NCBI GenBank assembly: GCA_017463815.1
Contig: JAFTOK010000092.1
Coordinates: forward strand, 1-40,796
Length of the DNA stretch: 40,796 bases
Reading direction: 5' to 3'
Source of the DNA: Clostridia bacterium
GTDB taxonomy: Bacteria; Bacillota; Clostridia; Oscillospirales; CAG-272
The notes beneath the pieces were generated by a model. The model worked only from the letters and a program-made list of their open reading frames with translations, was not told the DNA's origin and searched no databases. Numbering within the stretch: position 1 is the first letter of the stretch; each line of letters begins with the position of its first letter. A program made the position numbers and the translations under genes. Shown here in pieces: positions 35,655 through 40,796 of this stretch.

Positions 35655-36470
35655 ATGTTTCGTGAAATTTTAAGCGGTTTCGGCGTGGAATTCGCGGGCG
35701 CCGTGCCTTTTTCTGAGTGCCGCGTTTTTGCGGAGGATATAATAACGCGCAGGGGCATCGACGTGGCGAATGTTAAAACCGCCGTGCTTTTCCTAGTGCC
35801 GTACTACGTGGCAGATGCCGAGGAGGGCAACATATCCGTATATGCCCGCGCGCACGATTATCATCTCTTTTTTGAGAAACTTTATGCAGAAGCCGCGCCG
35901 ATGCTGGAGAAAGCATACGGTGCGCCTTTCTACGGCTTTGCCGATAAATCCGCTATTGCGGAGGTACACGCCGCCTCTCTCGCGGGCCTCGGCAAAACAG
36001 GCGACAGCGGGCTTATTATAAACGAAAAATACGGCTCGTTCGTGTTCATCGGCGAATTTCTCACAACCGCCGCTCCGAGTGCCTTTGGCATAGACGAAAA
36101 TTCGCCTTTCGAGCCTTCTTATTGCAACCATTGCGGCGCGTGCAAAAAAGCGTGCCCGATGAGCGAGGGGCTCGGTTGCCTTTCTTTCGTTACACAAAAA
36201 AAGGGGGAGCTTACGGCAGAGGAGCGCGATTTTATTTTGCGCCACGGCTCCGCTTGGGGCTGCGACATATGCGCCGCCGCCTGCCCATACACGAAAAAAG
36301 CCGTTGCGGCGGGGAATGTGACACCCATAGAATTTTTTAAAACAGACAGAATAGTGCACCTTACCGCGGCGCAGGTGGAGGCGATGGACAAAGCCACGTT
36401 CCGCGAGCGCGCGTTTGCCTGGCGCGGAAAAAAGACGATTTTGCGAAATCTTGAAATATTCGGGGAGTGA
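35655..36470 (+). CDS. queG: Epoxyqueuosine reductase QueG-like Fe-S protein
   Basis: YARAHDYH, AGLGKTG, YGSFVFIGE, CNHCGACKKACP, WGCDICAAACP. Confidence 0.8.
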   Translation: MFREILSGFGVEFAGAVPFSECRVFAEDIITRRGIDVANVKTAVLFLVPYYVADAEEGNISVYARAHDYHLFFEKLYAEAAPMLEKAYGAPFYGFADKSAIAEVHAASLAGLGKTGDSGLIINEKYGSFVFIGEFLTTAAPSAFGIDENSPFEPSYCNHCGACKKACPMSEGLGCLSFVTQKKGELTAEERDFILRHGSAWGCDICAAACPYTKKAVAAGNVTPIEFFKTDRIVHLTAAQVEAMDKATFRERAFAWRGKKTILRNLEIFGE

Positions 36471-36473
36471 ATA

Positions 36474-37166
36474 GTGAAAGAAAAAAACAGCGAACTTGCG
36501 CGCCTGAAGCGTGAAAACGCCAAATTGCGGCGCGAAAACGAATATTTAAACCACCGCATAGAAAAGCTTTCCCCGAAAGAGGCGAAAAACGTTTCGCACG
36601 AAAAGGAAATGTTCCTTTCTTCCTGCGACGTGGACAAATACAAGGGGTATTTCCCCTATCTTTTCGGACAGTTCAAGTTTTCGCTCGTTTACAGAATATA
36701 CGATAGAATTTTCTTCGCTTTAAGGAAAATTATTCTTGCTTCTAAAATATGGCGCTATCTTCCGATTGTTCTGGGTGTGCTTGGCGTTATTTTACAGTCA
36801 CTTTTGGCGCTCGGTTCTGTTGTGGTGCTTTTGCCTGTTACGGCGATTATTTCGCTTTTGGTTTTTGCGCTTTCGATTTTTGCTTTTGCGAAGCACAAGC
36901 GTGATTTGCTCAGGGATGTGCGCGGGCGCAGAATATATTTTCTTTACCCCGCAAAAAAACCGAAAAAAGACGGTTTTTTCTATGAAACTATGCAGGCTTT
37001 TGCCAAGGACGGTGTTGTTTTCGCCGTTACTTCTTCGATAACGCTCTGCGGCATAGGCGCCGTGCGCAAGGTGAGCGAGAACGTTTATTTTGTGCACACA
37101 AGCTTTTATTATCATTTCAGAAAAGAAGCGGAAGCGGCAAGCGCCGACGTGGTGAAGGTGTATTAG
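36474..37166 (+). CDS. Hypothetical membrane protein with N-terminal coiled coil
   Basis: 230-aa ORF in an operon position, with two TM segments. Confidence 0.75.
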   Translation: MKEKNSELARLKRENAKLRRENEYLNHRIEKLSPKEAKNVSHEKEMFLSSCDVDKYKGYFPYLFGQFKFSLVYRIYDRIFFALRKIILASKIWRYLPIVLGVLGVILQSLLALGSVVVLLPVTAIISLLVFALSIFAFAKHKRDLLRDVRGRRIYFLYPAKKPKKDGFFYETMQAFAKDGVVFAVTSSITLCGIGAVRKVSENVYFVHTSFYYHFRKEAEAASADVVKVY

Positions 37167-37206
37167 AGTGCAGAATGCAGAGTGCAGAGTGCAGAATTAA
37201 GAATTA
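37165..37206 (+). repeat. Heptamer tandem repeat (AGARTKM) x6
   Basis: AGAGTGC AGAATGC AGAGTGC AGAGTGC AGAATTA AGAATTA. Confidence 0.9.
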
Positions 37207-37275
37207 TTTATAAAATGGGGAGGGACTTGCGCCTCCCGTAAAAACAGAAAAATTTTAAAGAAAGCGAGAGAGAAT

Positions 37276-40200
37276 ATGGTTCATTTTATATACGGCAGAA
37301 CGGGCAGCGGCAAAAGCGCCTATATGCTCGCGCGCGCCGCAGAAACCGAAAATAAGCATATTTTCGTGCTCGTGCCCGACCGCGGCGCGGTTATGGCAGA
37401 GCGCGCTTTCTCTTATGCGCCGAACGCGGGAGACATAGACGTGGTTACGTTCCGAAGGCTTGCAAACTTCGTTTTCCGCAAATACGGCGGCATATGCGAA
37501 AACTATATTTCCCGCGGCGCAAAAAAGGTTATGATGCACAATACGCTCGCCGCGCTTTCGCCGCTTTTTGCCTCACAGGGCGAGTTTTTTGAAAGCGACA
37601 CCGCCGCGACGGAGCGTTTTATAAATATGCGCACGGAGCTTGCGCGCACCGCCGTTACCCCCGAGGTGCTTGCGCGCGCCGCAGAGGCTTGCGAGGGCGA
37701 AACGGGCAAAAAATTTGCCGATATTTCCTTGCTTTTCACGGCGTTCGACGCCGAAGTGGGCGAGCGCTTTGCAGACCCCGACGGAATTTTAGCCAAAATG
37801 AACGCGCTCCTTGCCGAAAACGACTTTTTCGGCGGTTGCGACGTATATATAGATTCGTTTACCTCGTTTTCCAAGGAACAGCTTAACACGGTGCGCGAAA
37901 TTATGCGCACGGCGGAGAACGTCTATATCTCCGTGCCGTACGTTCCCGAGGAGGATAGGGACACGCCCTGCTTCTTCGGCATTGCCGACACGGCGAAGCG
38001 CCTGCGCGACACGGCGGAGGCGGCGCACGCCGAGATGGGGGAAAGCACCGTGCTTTCCGTGCGCGATAGGTTCAAAAACGAGGAGCTTGCTTTCCTTGCG
38101 CAAAATCTTTTCCCCGGCAGCGGGTACGCCAAGCGCACCTATGAGAAAAAGCCCGAGTGTATTCGCGTGATGAGCGCGGCGAACGCCTTTGCAGAAGCAG
38201 AGGCGGTGTGCCTCGACATAGCAAAAAAAGTGCGCGGGGGTGCGAGATACCGAGATTTTGCCGTGATTATACGCAACGGCGAGGCATACGCGGGCGTTAT
38301 AGACGCGATGATGCGAAAATACGAGCTGCCTTGCTTCGTTTCGGGCAGAAAAGACATAACCGAGCTCGCTTTTGTGAAATTCCTGCTTTGCACGCTTGCC
38401 GTGTGCGAACGCGGATTTGCGCGGGAGCTTGTTATTTCATATATAAAAACGGATTTTGCGGGTATTACGCCCGACGAAATCAACCTTTTTGAAAATTACG
38501 TGCGGAAATGGAGCATAAACGGTGCGCGTTTCTACGACGACTACGAATGGAATATGAACCCCGACGGTTTCCGCGGGGAAATGACTGAAGAAAGCGCCGA
38601 AAAGCTTCTGCGCCTTGCCGAAATACGCAGGCGTGCAGTTTTGCCGCTTCGCGCGTTCTGCGAGGACGTGGCGGGTAAGCATACCGTGGCGTATTTCTGC
38701 GAAAAGCTCTATTCTTTTGCCACGAGCCTCGGTGCACACGAAAAAATACTCGCCGATGCCGAGCGCGCAAAGGCAGAGGGAGATAAGTCGCTCGCCGCAG
38801 AGCTTTCCCAGCTTTTCGGCGTGTTCTGCGACGTGCTCGACGCGCTCGTTTCCGCTTGCGGAGAGGAAGAAGTGGGGGCGGCGGAGTTTACCTCGCTTCT
38901 GCGCCTGGTGCTTTCCGAAACGGACATAGGCAAAATACCCACCTCGCTCGACGAAATCACCGTGTACGACGCTCAGGCGGGCGGGTATACGGAGGTCAAA
39001 TATGCTTACGTTATGGGCGCTTGTGAGGGCGTTTTCCCCGCAAGGGTAGAGGACGACGGCGTATTTTCCGACAAGGAGAAAGAATTGCTTTTCCGTCACG
39101 GCATAGAAATCACATCTACCGTGGAGCGCAGGCTGTGCGACGAGCTATACTATTTCTACGCCGCCGCGTGTGCGCCAAGCCGCGAGCTGTGCTTTACCTA
39201 CCCCGTATACGACGGTTCGGGCAAAAAAACGCGCCGCAGCCCCGCGCTTGTAAGCGTGGAGGAGCTTTTCCCGGGGCTTTCGGAGGAGCGGTTTGAGGAC
39301 CTGCCCGAGGAGGCAAGGTTGGAACGTGCGGCGGCTTCCTTTGAATACGTTATGCAAGGGAACGGCGAATATGCGCGCGCCCTGCGTGAATATTACGCAG
39401 AAAACCCCGATTATGCCGAAAAAATACGTTATATAGGCACGCCGCTTTCCTCCTTCCGTTGCAGAATACCTGCAGAGGACGCAAAAAAGCTCTTTACAAA
39501 GGATATGCACACGAGCTATTCGCGCCTTGAAAAATATATTACCTGCAATTTTTCGTATTTCTGCGAATACGAGCTGAAGCTCAAAGACAACTCCCCCGTG
39601 AAGTTTTCCGCCGTGGACGTGGGCAACTTTATGCACAAGATGCTGGAGCTGACCGTGCGGTACGCCCTGCAAAACCCCGACGCCACAGACGAGGAGATGC
39701 GAGAGCAGATACAGAAGGAGTGCAGGCTCTACCTCGAGGCGGTGTGCCGCGGCAGTTACTCGGAAATATCGCCGAGAATCGCGCACCTTGCGGATTACCT
39801 TTCCTTTGCGTGCGAAAAGTTCGTGGGCAAATTCCGCGAGGAATTCCGCGAAAGCCGCTTTACGCCGAAGGATTTTGAAATAACCATAGGTAAGGGCGCG
39901 GATATAGAGCCCATAAAGCTCCGCGATGAAAACGGCAGTGTGGAATTGCGCGGCAAAATAGACCGTGTGGACACATACGAGGACGGCGACGGCAAAATCT
40001 ACGTCCGCGTGGCGGACTACAAAACGGGCAGCAAGAAATTCGAGCTCAAAAACATAGAAGCGGGCAGAGATTTGCAGATGCTGCTCTACCTATATTCCGT
40101 TTGCGAAAACGGGCAGAGAAGATACGGAAAAGAGCTCGCCCCTGCGGGTGTGCTGTACGTTTCCGTAAAACCCGCGAGCGAGAACGTGGACCTCGGCGTG

Positions 40201-40500
40201 GAAACGCCCGAGGAGGCGAAAAACGGCAACAGCGGGCTGTTTCTCGATAATGACGAAGTTCTTGCGGCTATGGAGCCTAAGCTCGAGGGCAGGTTTATAC
40301 CCGTGAAAGCTGGCAAGGGCGGCAAGAAACGCGGCAACCTTATGGCGGCGGAGGCGTTTGATACGCTTAAAAGCGAGGTCATAGAAACCGTTCTTCGTGC
40401 GGCGGGCGAGCTTCGCGCAGGCAAGGCAGACGCCGACCCGTGCGAGGCAAAGGCGTGCGAATATTGCAAGATGAAAGCCGTTTGCAGAGCGAAGAAATGA
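37276..40500 (+). CDS. addB: ATP-dependent helicase/nuclease subunit B (AddB/RexB)
   Basis: N-terminal GRTGSGKS, VVTFRRLA, RecB-type nuclease GKIDRVD...DYKTG...LQMLLY, Fe-S cysteines (TCNF; CEYC....VC). Confidence 0.92.
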   Translation: MVHFIYGRTGSGKSAYMLARAAETENKHIFVLVPDRGAVMAERAFSYAPNAGDIDVVTFRRLANFVFRKYGGICENYISRGAKKVMMHNTLAALSPLFASQGEFFESDTAATERFINMRTELARTAVTPEVLARAAEACEGETGKKFADISLLFTAFDAEVGERFADPDGILAKMNALLAENDFFGGCDVYIDSFTSFSKEQLNTVREIMRTAENVYISVPYVPEEDRDTPCFFGIADTAKRLRDTAEAAHAEMGESTVLSVRDRFKNEELAFLAQNLFPGSGYAKRTYEKKPECIRVMSAANAFAEAEAVCLDIAKKVRGGARYRDFAVIIRNGEAYAGVIDAMMRKYELPCFVSGRKDITELAFVKFLLCTLAVCERGFARELVISYIKTDFAGITPDEINLFENYVRKWSINGARFYDDYEWNMNPDGFRGEMTEESAEKLLRLAEIRRRAVLPLRAFCEDVAGKHTVAYFCEKLYSFATSLGAHEKILADAERAKAEGDKSLAAELSQLFGVFCDVLDALVSACGEEEVGAAEFTSLLRLVLSETDIGKIPTSLDEITVYDAQAGGYTEVKYAYVMGACEGVFPARVEDDGVFSDKEKELLFRHGIEITSTVERRLCDELYYFYAAACAPSRELCFTYPVYDGSGKKTRRSPALVSVEELFPGLSEERFEDLPEEARLERAAASFEYVMQGNGEYARALREYYAENPDYAEKIRYIGTPLSSFRCRIPAEDAKKLFTKDMHTSYSRLEKYITCNFSYFCEYELKLKDNSPVKFSAVDVGNFMHKMLELTVRYALQNPDATDEEMREQIQKECRLYLEAVCRGSYSEISPRIAHLADYLSFACEKFVGKFREEFRESRFTPKDFEITIGKGADIEPIKLRDENGSVELRGKIDRVDTYEDGDGKIYVRVADYKTGSKKFELKNIEAGRDLQMLLYLYSVCENGQRRYGKELAPAGVLYVSVKPASENVDLGVETPEEAKNGNSGLFLDNDEVLAAMEPKLEGRFIPVKAGKGGKKRGNLMAAEAFDTLKSEVIETVLRAAGELRAGKADADPCEAKACEYCKMKAVCRAKK

Positions 40501-40503
40501 TTA

Positions 40504-40538
40504 AGAATGCAGAATGAAGAGTGCAGAATGAAGAATTA
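40504..40538 (+). repeat. Heptamer tandem repeat (AGARTKM) x5
   Basis: AGAATGC AGAATGA AGAGTGC AGAATGA AGAATTA, then a GTTCGCC-CGAA-GGCGAAC hairpin. Confidence 0.9.
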
Positions 40539-40624
40539 AGGGGTTCGCCCGAAGGCGAACGGAATTTATTAAATATAAATTATATATATCGTAGTACCTT
40601 GTTTCAGCTAAAAGTTGACGTTCT

Positions 40625-40774
40625 AAGCCTCCATCTCCGAGGGAGGGGGACCGCCGTGCGGTGGAAGGAGTTTTCCCAAGATAAACAAATTTATTTTTGC
40701 GAAATTTTAAGTGCACGCCTACTCCTTCAGTCTTCGCCTTTGGGGCGAATCCAGCTCCCTCCCGGAGGGAGCCT
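40625..40774. repeat. REP-like inverted doublet
   Basis: AGCCTCC...GGAGGGGGACCGC..GCGGTGGAAGGAGT faces ACTCCTTCAGTC-hairpin-CAGCTCCCTC..GAGGGAGCC. The first arm resembles the units at 25526-25580. Confidence 0.85.
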
Positions 40775-40796
40775 CAGGGTTAGCAAATGCAAGATA

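Noticed and set aside
37276-40500. Cas4-like or defence nuclease
   Set aside because: Full-length AddB architecture explains the PD-(D/E)xK and Fe-S motifs.

Overview
Chromosomal window from a Clostridia-like Firmicute (inferred from gene content and sigma-A promoters). It is mostly housekeeping and accessory genes: the end of an argB-argD-argF operon, two tandem trkA-trkH potassium-uptake operons, a DMT permease, a GtrA flippase plus flavoprotein pair, a yybP-ykoY riboswitch controlling mntP, an acyl-ACP thioesterase, cardiolipin synthase with a divergent TetR, two ABC transporters, a G5/M23 lipoprotein, a GH94 phosphorylase, a glycerol-1-phosphate dehydrogenase, a CPBP protease, tadA, a DUF3048-like lipoprotein, a type IIA topoisomerase pair, queG and addB. 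The most notable points are: (1) the second TrkH copy has Gly->Ser in the first pore-loop selectivity filter, the signature of Na+-preferring HKT1-type channels; (2) an unannotated type I toxin-antitoxin-like locus at 12592-12969 with an unusual structured spacer between its Shine-Dalgarno and start codon; (3) a ~410 bp non-coding element with long, covarying inverted ends; (4) a family of REP-like inverted doublets, including a ~190 bp-period array and one copy nested in a probable IS200-like remnant; (5) polar heptamer repeats placed just after stop codons; (6) a 47-aa membrane peptide gene missed by the ORF track. No CRISPR array, rRNA, tRNA or intact transposase was seen. All family calls come from motif recognition by eye, not from database searches.
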